From assembly GCA_038062915.1 (NCBI GenBank), contig JBBTWD010000002.1, positions 5,189 through 69,188 of the forward strand: DNA of 64,000 nucleotides, read 5' to 3'. This document shows, piece by piece, positions 46,162 to 55,245 of this stretch. The notes beneath the pieces are model-generated. The model was given only the letters and a program-made list of their open reading frames with translations. It was not told the origin of the DNA and did not search any database. Each line of letters begins with the position of its first letter. Position 1 is the stretch's first letter. The stretch comes from Patescibacteria group bacterium (GTDB taxonomy: Bacteria; Patescibacteriota; Microgenomatia; UBA8517). Made by a program: the position numbers and the translations under genes.

Positions 46162-47347
46162 GTTCCAATACCTCCCTTGCTCGCAGGTCCCATGACCAAT
46201 TTTTGCTAATCATCTCTAACGCCTCTTTGCCAATCTTTTCTCTGATTTTATTATTAGATAGCAAATTTAAAATTTCCTTTGCAAATTCATCCAAATCTCC
46301 GATCTTTACTTTGACCATTCCTTTTGGATAATAGGAGGAATATGATTTAAGATCAAAGCCAATACAGGGTATGCCAAATGCCATAGCTTCAGCAGAAGCC
46401 ATACCACCACTATCATAAAGTGCGGGGTGAACTACAATTTTTGACTCTGAAAAAGTTTGATATTTTTTGTCCCCGTCAAAAACATAACCCAAGAGGTCAA
46501 TGTTATCCTCTAATTTTGCGTCTTTAATTTTTGATTTAACATTCTTCATTAATGGACCATCTCCGATCATTACCAGTTTGGCATTTTTATTTTTAACTAC
46601 AACCTTTTTCCAAATTTCTATAATCTCGACAACACCTTTTTGGGGATGGAACCTACCTTGAAAAACCGCATCATACACCTTGGGTAGATTTTTATTTATG
46701 AATTTCCAATTTTCAATCTTTTTTACGTCCACCGCACCAAGAACAACAATAGTTTTACCCTTTTTATCAAGCCCAGGGAACTCTTTTCTTTCTCCCTCGT
46801 TGTTAACTAAAACAAAATCTGAAAATTTGGAAATTATGGGTTTAATAGGAAACTGGCTTAACCAATAGAGAAGTGCTTTAAATCTATATTTCTCTTCTCT
46901 CGCTCCTTCGGCATATCCCCTAAAGGGGTTTGGGGCCGTCTGATACCAAGTTGCAACCCACTTAATATTTGGGTAACGAATTTTCAAAATAAAGCATGGT
47001 AAAGTGTCCATCCAAAAATCAGACGCGCTGTACAATATAGTCTCTTTTTTGTTTTGAAGTTTAATCGATAACCCAAGTCTAATTCCTTCTATAATTCTGG
47101 CAAAATAATTTACTACAAAACCTAGGTCACTCCATGGTTTCATTGAAGAAATTTTAAAAGCTATATTTTTACTTTTTAAATCTTGTCTTTTACACATTTG
47201 GTAACCTTCAGTCCAAAGATAAATATTAATTTTAGACTTTTTACTCCACCGTCTCGCAAATTCTATAAATATCCTGTCACTACCAGAAAGACCTACTCCA
47301 AGGGCCCCCAATGCGAAAATTTTTATATTTTGAGTTTTTATTGCCAT
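46148..47347 (-). CDS. GT4 glycosyltransferase
   Basis: SGSDRIFIE, FQGRFHPQKG, IGDGP, YDSGGMASAEAMAFGIP, WSW. Confidence 0.88.
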   Translation of the reverse strand: MAIKTQNIKIFALGALGVGLSGSDRIFIEFARRWSKKSKINIYLWTEGYQMCKRQDLKSKNIAFKISSMKPWSDLGFVVNYFARIIEGIRLGLSIKLQNKKETILYSASDFWMDTLPCFILKIRYPNIKWVATWYQTAPNPFRGYAEGAREEKYRFKALLYWLSQFPIKPIISKFSDFVLVNNEGERKEFPGLDKKGKTIVVLGAVDVKKIENWKFINKNLPKVYDAVFQGRFHPQKGVVEIIEIWKKVVVKNKNAKLVMIGDGPLMKNVKSKIKDAKLEDNIDLLGYVFDGDKKYQTFSESKIVVHPALYDSGGMASAEAMAFGIPCIGFDLKSYSSYYPKGMVKVKIGDLDEFAKEILNLLSNNKIREKIGKEALEMISKNWSWDLRAREVLEHVKD

Positions 47348-49239
47348 GGCCATATTTTAAAAATCAAGTCTACTCTATAACTCCCGGCCTTATCAATATC
47401 CCAAGCATTAGCATAGCCGTAAGCTACGAAATGGTCAAATATGACCTCCTTATTAATTCTTGCTATCCATAAAGGGCTGAATGAGTTCCTAAGTATTATT
47501 TTAAATGGTTTATTTGCATTGGTTACATTAACGACATAATGACCCGGACTAATTTTCTGATAATTGTTGGGGGTGTAATTTAAGTTTTTATAAATATCTA
47601 AAAATCCTATAGATTTTAAAAATTTAATTTGGCTATATTTCTTTAAATTTTCTTTTATTTCCGCGGACGAGCTAGCATTACTATATTTGGGATCAATCTC
47701 ATTATGCAAAATGAAATATTCTATATCCATTTCTGAAAGCAGGTTGTCAATATTTTTATTTTGGGTAAATGTATTATATAGAGACATATATTTATCATCA
47801 GCAAGATTATAGCGAACAGTTTTTGAAACTACTGGATCTGAAAACAATATATCACTAGGCTCAAGGCCGTAATATGAAGTTTCTCCCCAATCATACTTGA
47901 CACCCTCCCCTGGAATCATTGGCAAGGATAATATCCGCCCAGTAATACCCAGGGCTTTGACATAATCATCAGCGACTTTGTAATCATTTGGAACCCTAAC
48001 CGATGCGGCTGGAGAGAAAGGCCCTTGTCCCCACATTGGCCAAACCAAAACTATAAGAGTAAGGGGGATAAAAAATCCAACCAATATAAATTTCCAAATG
48101 TGCGTCGCTTTCTGATATATAAATCCAAAACCGTAAGCAAAAAATAAACTATAAACCATAAGCCATACCGTTCCAAACTTTTCATATGAACTTCTAAAAG
48201 CTCTAGCAAACGAAACGTTCTCAAATAAAAATCCAAATAAAGCGTTTCCAAGTGGCGGATTTGTTCCCTTACAAATAAAAAGTCCAATAATTGCCAAGGT
48301 CATTAAGTATTTATATTCTTTTAAAATCCTAGCTTTGACAAAACCGAAAATAGTGATTGCTAAAATTGCAAAACTAACAAAATAAGATAAACTTCCTTTA
48401 TAAAAGTTGCCCCAATAATTTAAGCGCTCAAAAAAGAATTTGTGCCTAAGAAGTAATACATCACTTATTTTTGAATCCACACTCACCCCACCCAAACTCG
48501 CCAAATCATATTTCCAATCATGAATGTTTGAAATTACAGTAGATTGCAATTTAAAGTATGGATAAATCCACCAAATGTTAAATAAAGTCCAAATAAAAAT
48601 TCCTAAAACAATCCTTGGTATATAAGTTTTTTTGAAACGAAATATTGAAAATAACAATGAGACTGACCAAAAAGATATTATAAAGGCAGGATGTGAATAT
48701 GCCGAAGAAAACAGAACTGAAAAAATGCCAAACAAAAATAGATGTTTACATTTTCCCTCACTAAACCATTTAATCCATAAAAACAAAAGTAGAGGCAGTG
48801 AGGCCCAAGCGAAAAAACCAGCAAATACAAACCTGGCCCAAACCTGTGACTGCGTGTATAAGTTTAGTATGTAAAATAAACCAGCAAGTAAAGATATAGT
48901 TTTTCGATTTTCACCGAAAAAATATTTAGCCAAAAAATACATTCCAATTCCAGCGCTTGATGTTAGTACCCAAAATAAGATAGCTTGAATAGTTGAAGGA
49001 TTAAAAAAATAACTTAGTAAATAAGTAAAAAAGTAAACGGGAATTCTAGGTAACCAAAAAGGGCTTGGGTAACCCAGGCCCATATCAATCCAACTAGATC
49101 CATATGTAGAAGCCATCTTAATCGAATTCCAGGTAGATAAACTTTCTTCTCCACCTGCGAAAAAGTTTCCATTTCTAAACCAAGAGAAAATAACTATCGA
49201 AGAAATAAAAAGTAAAACAAAAATATATTTTTTATTCAT
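47338..49239 (-). CDS. GT-C membrane glycosyltransferase (AftD/DUF3367-like), third paralog
   Basis: AGGEES, FYILNLY, FICKGTNPPLG..AFRSSYEKF, GRILSLP, IEYFILHNE, YGYANAW. Confidence 0.73.
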   Translation of the reverse strand: MNKKYIFVLLFISSIVIFSWFRNGNFFAGGEESLSTWNSIKMASTYGSSWIDMGLGYPSPFWLPRIPVYFFTYLLSYFFNPSTIQAILFWVLTSSAGIGMYFLAKYFFGENRKTISLLAGLFYILNLYTQSQVWARFVFAGFFAWASLPLLLFLWIKWFSEGKCKHLFLFGIFSVLFSSAYSHPAFIISFWSVSLLFSIFRFKKTYIPRIVLGIFIWTLFNIWWIYPYFKLQSTVISNIHDWKYDLASLGGVSVDSKISDVLLLRHKFFFERLNYWGNFYKGSLSYFVSFAILAITIFGFVKARILKEYKYLMTLAIIGLFICKGTNPPLGNALFGFLFENVSFARAFRSSYEKFGTVWLMVYSLFFAYGFGFIYQKATHIWKFILVGFFIPLTLIVLVWPMWGQGPFSPAASVRVPNDYKVADDYVKALGITGRILSLPMIPGEGVKYDWGETSYYGLEPSDILFSDPVVSKTVRYNLADDKYMSLYNTFTQNKNIDNLLSEMDIEYFILHNEIDPKYSNASSSAEIKENLKKYSQIKFLKSIGFLDIYKNLNYTPNNYQKISPGHYVVNVTNANKPFKIILRNSFSPLWIARINKEVIFDHFVAYGYANAWDIDKAGSYRVDLIFKIWPWQ

Positions 49240-49242
49240 TCT

Positions 49243-50250
49243 CTAAAAAAGATTTTTAAGCGAATCCGACATCATTCTCCTTCCGGTTTTATTGTTAATA
49301 AAACTCCAAAGAAGTGTGTCTGTTACGGCTATTGTAATAATTGGTTCAGTGAGAAGCACCCAATCCCTATGCTTTAAAAAACGAATAAACCCACGAATTA
49401 ACGCTGGAAAAAATAAATTTGCATAAACTACAAATAACATCAATCGAAAAACTTCCCATTTATTCTTAGTGTTTAAAATTGTGTAATGATATTTTCCATA
49501 GGCTGGGAAAAAATGCATTCCCAAATTTCGCGTTCTTTTTTGAAGTAAATGTTTAAAGTTCTTAACGTGATAATGATAATAGCCAGCATCCGGGACATAG
49601 CCAAAATAAGGGTACCCGGATCTAACACAATTAATTAAAAAATCATGATCAAAATAATTTTTAGTAGTCCAATTTGGCGTTTTCTTTAAATATTTTATAC
49701 GATAAAACATACGAGCTGCCGGCGGAATTTTTTTATCTTCGAACTTACAGACTATATAATCGTTTTTCTTTTCTATAAAAGACTTTTCCACTTTCAAAAA
49801 AAGAAATTCCAAAAGTGGATCACACTGCGAATAATGATAAGAAAGATATCTACAGACCCAATGCATATCACTTTTTGGATACTCTTTTGTAAAAGTTGCC
49901 ACCAATCTAGAATCGTCTAAAAGTGGTTTAATCATTTCTTTAATGAAGTTTTTATTTCTTAAAACAATATCCTGTTCTAGATAAAACACAAATTCACCTT
50001 TTACTTTATGCAGGCCCTTAACCCAATTTGAATATAAATTACCTTCTGGATGAAGTAGAACACCAACATCATATTTTTTTGCAATTTTGACACTTTCATC
50101 TTGAGAGCCATTATCGACAACGACTACATCAATAAGGTTTTTAGGGTAATCTAATTTTTTAACAGACTCCAGGCATTTGCCTACACCACTCCCCCCATTA
50201 AATGTCAGAAGAATAAAGGATACTTTCGGCCATTTAGTTTGTTTTTGCAT
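49243..50250 (-). CDS. GT2 glycosyltransferase
   Basis: VSFILLTFNG, VVDNGSQDES; the DXD position reads YLEQD. Confidence 0.8.
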   Translation of the reverse strand: MQKQTKWPKVSFILLTFNGGSGVGKCLESVKKLDYPKNLIDVVVVDNGSQDESVKIAKKYDVGVLLHPEGNLYSNWVKGLHKVKGEFVFYLEQDIVLRNKNFIKEMIKPLLDDSRLVATFTKEYPKSDMHWVCRYLSYHYSQCDPLLEFLFLKVEKSFIEKKNDYIVCKFEDKKIPPAARMFYRIKYLKKTPNWTTKNYFDHDFLINCVRSGYPYFGYVPDAGYYHYHVKNFKHLLQKRTRNLGMHFFPAYGKYHYTILNTKNKWEVFRLMLFVVYANLFFPALIRGFIRFLKHRDWVLLTEPIITIAVTDTLLWSFINNKTGRRMMSDSLKNLF

Positions 50251-51145
50251 ATTTAATAAAATTATCAACTACATCACGCCAACTTCCAAACTTTATTCCC
50301 AACCTTTTTTGGGTTTCCCCAATTTTTAGGCCACCATATTTTGGATAACGATTTGAATTTTGCATAAGATACCCATCAATACTGGTTCTTTCTACCACCC
50401 CGCTTTTAGAACGAGATTTTAAAATTAAATACTCTGCCATTTTAAAGGGAGTTGTTAAGTCGCGACTTGCGGCATGGAAAATCCCACTAATTTTCTTTTC
50501 CAACAATTTTTCAATTACCAAAGTAATTTCCGGGATGTAAGATAATGTAATAAACTGATCTTCAAAAAGCGGATAAAGCTTATTTCTATCATATAGCCAC
50601 AACACCTTCCCCACGTAATCTAGTTTGGGATCATATACCGGCCTAACTACGTTACCAATTCTAACAACACAGCTGTTTGGGTTGTCCTTTAGAACAATTT
50701 TCTCTGCTAGGTTCTTGGTCCAACCGTACCAGGACAGACTTTTCATATTTGATTCAGTTAAATCATTTTCTGAATATGGACCTTTTTTGGGTCCTTCGCC
50801 ACTAAAAACATAATCTGTAGATATATGTATTAGACGAATCTTTGAAGATTTACAAATTTTAACAATATTCTTTATTCCAATTACGTTTGTAACCCATGCA
50901 CTCCCTTTTTTATCCCCCCGTTGTTCTTCAGCTGTATTTGCGTTTCTGTGGGCTGCAAAATTTATAATTACCTCTGGCTTATTTACTTCGACATACCTTT
51001 TTAGGGCCATAAAATCTGCAACATCAAGATCATTGTGAGGTGGGCACAATAAATCAATCATTTTTTTATCTCTTATAAGTTTATCTACAAACGCAGATCC
51101 AACAAGCCCCGTGGCCCCCGTAATTAATACTGTTTGCCTTTTCAT
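50234..51145 (-). CDS. RmlD-like NDP-4-keto-sugar reductase, second copy
   Basis: LITGATGLVG, INFAA, HISTDYVF, WYGWTK, FEDQ. Confidence 0.87.
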   Translation of the reverse strand: MKRQTVLITGATGLVGSAFVDKLIRDKKMIDLLCPPHNDLDVADFMALKRYVEVNKPEVIINFAAHRNANTAEEQRGDKKGSAWVTNVIGIKNIVKICKSSKIRLIHISTDYVFSGEGPKKGPYSENDLTESNMKSLSWYGWTKNLAEKIVLKDNPNSCVVRIGNVVRPVYDPKLDYVGKVLWLYDRNKLYPLFEDQFITLSYIPEITLVIEKLLEKKISGIFHAASRDLTTPFKMAEYLILKSRSKSGVVERTSIDGYLMQNSNRYPKYGGLKIGETQKRLGIKFGSWRDVVDNFIKYAKTN

Positions 51146-51182
51146 ATGCTTTTGTCTAATATTCACATATTATAGAGGAAAT

Positions 51183-52355
51183 ATGAAAATTAAAAACAAA
51201 GAAAAAACAATTATTTATGTAAACTTTGCGCCATACGAAAATGCCGGTGGAATATTAGATTTCCTAAAAAAGAAATTTAAATATGTAGCACTTTTTTCAT
51301 TTAGTTTTCATCGTCTAAACAAGAGGCTGGAAAATAACAAATTGAAAGTTTATTTTTCAGGAAAAAAAGTAGATTCAAAAAATTTGTTTGATTTCCAAGT
51401 CCCTGAAAAACTAATATTCCTTTTTTTACCTATCCGTTCTATTCTTATTTTCCTTCAGATAATTTTTTACACTATCTATCTAACCTATACATATGGAGGA
51501 TTCGAAAACTATTTTACAGTCAACGCTTTTACTGCATGGACAGGAAATATTCTTAAGAAAACAGGTTTTGTTAAAAAAACTATTTTCTGGGTTTATGACT
51601 ACTATCCCCCGTTTCATGAAAATAAAACCATTGTTTTTATGCGGTGGCTTTATTGGCAGTTCGATAAATGGGCAACCAAATCAGACATGTTGGTCTTTTT
51701 AAATAGTCGGATTGTAAAACTTAGAAAAGAGATTGGAGTACTTAGTGATAGGGATAGGTATAAAATAATTCCGATAGGAACAACCAATAAATCAAAAAGG
51801 GGGTCAAGAAATTTGAAACCAAACTCAAAAATTAAATTAGTTTTTTTAGGCGTAATGAAAAAGAGTCAAGGTCTTAATCTCATTTTCGAATGTTCAAATC
51901 AAATCGCCACAACTTTTCCTAATTTAGAAATTAATATTATCGGAGACGGCCCGGATTTAGAATATTTTAAAAGTAATGGCGAAAAAACGAATCTCAAAAT
52001 AAAATATCATGGATATCCATCAGATAATGATATCGATGAAATACTGGGCAAAAGCCATATTGGAATTGCTACATATATCCCGAACCAAGAGAACGTTTCC
52101 TATTACGGCGATCCATCGAAAATTAAAGGGTATTTAAGCTTTGGTCTACCCGTGATAACAACAAACGTCTTTGAATTTTCTAAAGAAATAAAAAGTTTCA
52201 ATGCTGGAGTACTAATTGGTTATAAAAAAGAAAATATGATTAAAGCAATTACTAAAATTGTTAATAATTATAGCTTTTATAGGTCGGGTGCTAAAAAACT
52301 GGCTAAAAAATACTATTATAAAAATCTCTACCCCAATATGTTTAAACCCTACTAG
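51183..52355 (+). CDS. GT4-like glycosyltransferase
   Basis: FLGVMKKSQG, IIGDGP, YYGDPSKIKGYLSFGLPVI; GAGG Shine-Dalgarno before ATG 51183. Confidence 0.83.
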   Translation: MKIKNKEKTIIYVNFAPYENAGGILDFLKKKFKYVALFSFSFHRLNKRLENNKLKVYFSGKKVDSKNLFDFQVPEKLIFLFLPIRSILIFLQIIFYTIYLTYTYGGFENYFTVNAFTAWTGNILKKTGFVKKTIFWVYDYYPPFHENKTIVFMRWLYWQFDKWATKSDMLVFLNSRIVKLRKEIGVLSDRDRYKIIPIGTTNKSKRGSRNLKPNSKIKLVFLGVMKKSQGLNLIFECSNQIATTFPNLEINIIGDGPDLEYFKSNGEKTNLKIKYHGYPSDNDIDEILGKSHIGIATYIPNQENVSYYGDPSKIKGYLSFGLPVITTNVFEFSKEIKSFNAGVLIGYKKENMIKAITKIVNNYSFYRSGAKKLAKKYYYKNLYPNMFKPY

Positions 52356-53448
52356 TGTAGCTCGAAATTATTGCCTCAATATTTTTGTCACCATATCTTT
52401 TAATAACAAACTTTCGAGTATTTTTAGATAATTCTTTAAGTTTATCAGGTTTATTGTAAAAGTATTCGATAGCCCTTTTAATATTTATTGGAGTTACATC
52501 AATTAATTTACCAACAGTTTCATCTATCACACCTGGGATTGCTCCCCTATTTGAAGCAATAATAGGTGTACCACAAGCCAACGCTTCAAGAATAACCCTG
52601 CCAAATCCTTCGTCATGAGTAGAGGGAACTATAACTATATCTGCGCCGGAATAATAAATGGATAAATCGTCTTGAGAAATTTTACCAATATAATATTTTT
52701 GCACTTTTGATTCTAACGGGCCAGAACCTGCAATTTTAAGTTTAATACCTTTACTTAATAATTTAGCTGCGGAAAGAAGTTCTGATATTCCCTTTTCGGG
52801 AACTAAACGGCCGACAAAAAGAACTATAAATTGTTTTCCCCACCCAAGTTTTTTCTTAGATTCACCTTTATCAAGAGGTTTAAATTTTTTAAGATTTACC
52901 CAACTTACAAAAATACTGATTTTATTTTTATCTTTAACTATTTTTTTTATCTCACCCATTGATTGATGTGATAAGCAAAGAATATGATCAGTTTTGTTTA
53001 AGACCCAATTAATAAATTTAGAATAAAACCCCGACTTTGGAAAATTATATATATTATGTGTGGAGATTACAGTTCTTATACCAAATATTTTTCCCCAAAT
53101 TACAGCTGTGGTTCCTGCTACTAAACCATGTGCGTGAATTACATCTGGCCGATCAAATAAAATTATGAGTGAACTTACAACAAATATGCCTGGAAAAAGA
53201 TATAAGAATTCTAATATTGGCTTATCTACAAATGTATAAAATAATCCAGGCAACCAGGGAATTCGTAAAATTTTCAGACGTTTATGCCTCTCTAATACAC
53301 TTGATGCAATCTTGGTTTGTAGTGCCTTGTAGGCAAGAACAAAAACTTTATGCTTTTTATCTACCAAACCCAAAACAAGATCATTGATATGAGTTTCCAC
53401 TCCACCAATATTCGGACTAAAATGTGGGCTAATTTGTAGTATCTTCAT
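52342..53448 (-). CDS. GT4 glycosyltransferase
   Basis: PNIGGVETH, DVIHAHG, LFVGRLVPEKG, EGFGRVILEALACGTP. Confidence 0.9.
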   Translation of the reverse strand: MKILQISPHFSPNIGGVETHINDLVLGLVDKKHKVFVLAYKALQTKIASSVLERHKRLKILRIPWLPGLFYTFVDKPILEFLYLFPGIFVVSSLIILFDRPDVIHAHGLVAGTTAVIWGKIFGIRTVISTHNIYNFPKSGFYSKFINWVLNKTDHILCLSHQSMGEIKKIVKDKNKISIFVSWVNLKKFKPLDKGESKKKLGWGKQFIVLFVGRLVPEKGISELLSAAKLLSKGIKLKIAGSGPLESKVQKYYIGKISQDDLSIYYSGADIVIVPSTHDEGFGRVILEALACGTPIIASNRGAIPGVIDETVGKLIDVTPINIKRAIEYFYNKPDKLKELSKNTRKFVIKRYGDKNIEAIISSYTSRV

Positions 53449-53472
53449 GATATTCTAACAAGCTTTGCTTAT
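53444..53472. repeat. 29-bp element upstream of a GT4 start, copy 2
   Basis: TTCATGATATTCTAACAAGCTTTGCTTAT; 28/29 identical to 26770-26798. Confidence 0.85.
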
Positions 53473-54305
53473 TTTTTGAAATATTTACCAACAATATACC
53501 CAATTCCCCCACCCAAAAGTTCAAAAGAAAACATTATAAACATTCCCATGCCCAAAACCGGATGAAAAATAACTTTTTTCCAATTCTTATAAAATACAGG
53601 TCTAAAAAAATATATCGTTTTGGGAGAAAATGGAGAAATGTTTTGTTTTTTTAAATATTTGTGAGCATTAACGGCATAATAATATTTTTTTCTTATTAAA
53701 CTTGCTAAACCCAGTATTTGTTCATTGTGAATTATTTCTGATTTAATTCTTCCAATTTTATATCCCCGTTTTTTTATTGATTCAGCCAAATCCCAATCTT
53801 CGGGGCCTATAATTGCTTCATCAAAACCACCAACTTTTTCAAAAACTGCTCGATTAAAAAATCTTGCCGCATCTGTAATTTGATCTCCAGCGGAATTATA
53901 AAACGATCTCTCGTAAGCTTTAATCTTTTCCCAAAAAGTTTTACCGACTGATTTTTCAGGTATTACAATTCCCCCTATCTTTTTATCTATTTTTATCTCT
54001 TTAACGCAATCTGCAATTACATTGGTTGTTAATTCCATATCGGAGTCAAGAAAAAGAAGAAATTCTCCTTTTGCTTTATTTGCGCCAAAATTTCGCTGGG
54101 TACTTCTTTCCAAATGTTTTCTTGTGTAAACACCTGGGGAATATTTTTTAGCGACTTTTAGCGTATCATCGGTTGAAGCGTCGTCTATAACAATAGTTTC
54201 TATTTTTTTATATTTTTGTTTTGAAATTGAAATTAATAGTTTTTTTATTAAATCGGGGCGATTGTATACCGGGATTATTACAGAAACTAAGGATTTATTT
54301 TTCAT
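53469..54305 (-). CDS. GT2 glycosyltransferase
   Basis: VSVIIPVYN, IDDASTD, QRNFGA, FLDSD, GGFDE, EDWDL. Confidence 0.9.
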   Translation of the reverse strand: MKNKSLVSVIIPVYNRPDLIKKLLISISKQKYKKIETIVIDDASTDDTLKVAKKYSPGVYTRKHLERSTQRNFGANKAKGEFLLFLDSDMELTTNVIADCVKEIKIDKKIGGIVIPEKSVGKTFWEKIKAYERSFYNSAGDQITDAARFFNRAVFEKVGGFDEAIIGPEDWDLAESIKKRGYKIGRIKSEIIHNEQILGLASLIRKKYYYAVNAHKYLKKQNISPFSPKTIYFFRPVFYKNWKKVIFHPVLGMGMFIMFSFELLGGGIGYIVGKYFKK

Positions 54306-54309
54306 ATTT

Positions 54310-55245
54310 TCATTTATTAGCTAAGTACCAATCAATTGTTTTATTAAGTCCCGTTTCAAATGACATCTTTGATTCAAAACCAAACTCACGCCTTGCACGA
54401 GTTGTGTCTAACTTTCGTCTGGGCTGGCCATCAGGTTTTGTTTTATCCCAAACAATCTTACCTTTAAATCCAATTAGCCTTTTTATGGTTTTTGCCAAGT
54501 CTTTGACCGAAATTTCAAAACCAGCCCCTAAATTTACAGGCTCTGATTTATTATATTTTTCTGTTGCAAGTAAAATTCCATTAACAACATCGTCTATAAA
54601 TAAAAATTCTCGAGTTGCTTCTCCAGTCCCCCAAACTACAACTTCCTTCTTATTATTTTCTTTGGCTTCTAAAAATTTACGTATTAATGCGGGTATGACG
54701 TGAGAAGAGGCTAAATCAAAATTTTCCCCAGGACCATATAAATTTACAGGTAAAAGAAAAATGGCATTAAATCCATATTGTTGCCTATAGGTCTGGGCTT
54801 GAACCAACTGCATTAATTTAGCAAGACCATAGGGTGCATTGGTTTCTTCTGGATAGCCCTGCCACAAACTTTCCTCTTTAAAGGGAATCTGTGTAAATTT
54901 GGGATACGAACAAATCGTACCTATCGCTACAAACTTTTTAACACCAGCTAAACGCGCGGCTTTCATCATATTTACACCCATTAAAATATTGTCTTCAAAC
55001 AAATCCGCGGGAAATTCCCTATTAAATCCGATTCCTCCAACTTTGGCGGCTAAATGTATAACAATATCTTGATTTTTACAGACCTTTAGGCATGTTTTAA
55101 AATTCCTAAGATCATTTTTTGAATTTTTGGTAACTGAAATATCAACACCCTCAATATCCTTCAATTTTAATACCAAATGTTTCCCAACAAATCCGGATGC
55201 GCCAGTCACAAGTACCTTTTTGTTTCTCCAGAAACCTTTATTCAT
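54310..55245 (-). CDS. fcl: GDP-L-fucose synthase (GDP-4-keto-6-deoxy-mannose epimerase/reductase)
   Basis: TGASGFVG, HLAAKVGGIG.N, ICSYPK, PEETNAPYGLAK, PVNLYGP, SHVIPALIRKF, WGTGEATREF, PDGQPRR. Confidence 0.92.
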   Translation of the reverse strand: MNKGFWRNKKVLVTGASGFVGKHLVLKLKDIEGVDISVTKNSKNDLRNFKTCLKVCKNQDIVIHLAAKVGGIGFNREFPADLFEDNILMGVNMMKAARLAGVKKFVAIGTICSYPKFTQIPFKEESLWQGYPEETNAPYGLAKLMQLVQAQTYRQQYGFNAIFLLPVNLYGPGENFDLASSHVIPALIRKFLEAKENNKKEVVVWGTGEATREFLFIDDVVNGILLATEKYNKSEPVNLGAGFEISVKDLAKTIKRLIGFKGKIVWDKTKPDGQPRRKLDTTRARREFGFESKMSFETGLNKTIDWYLANK

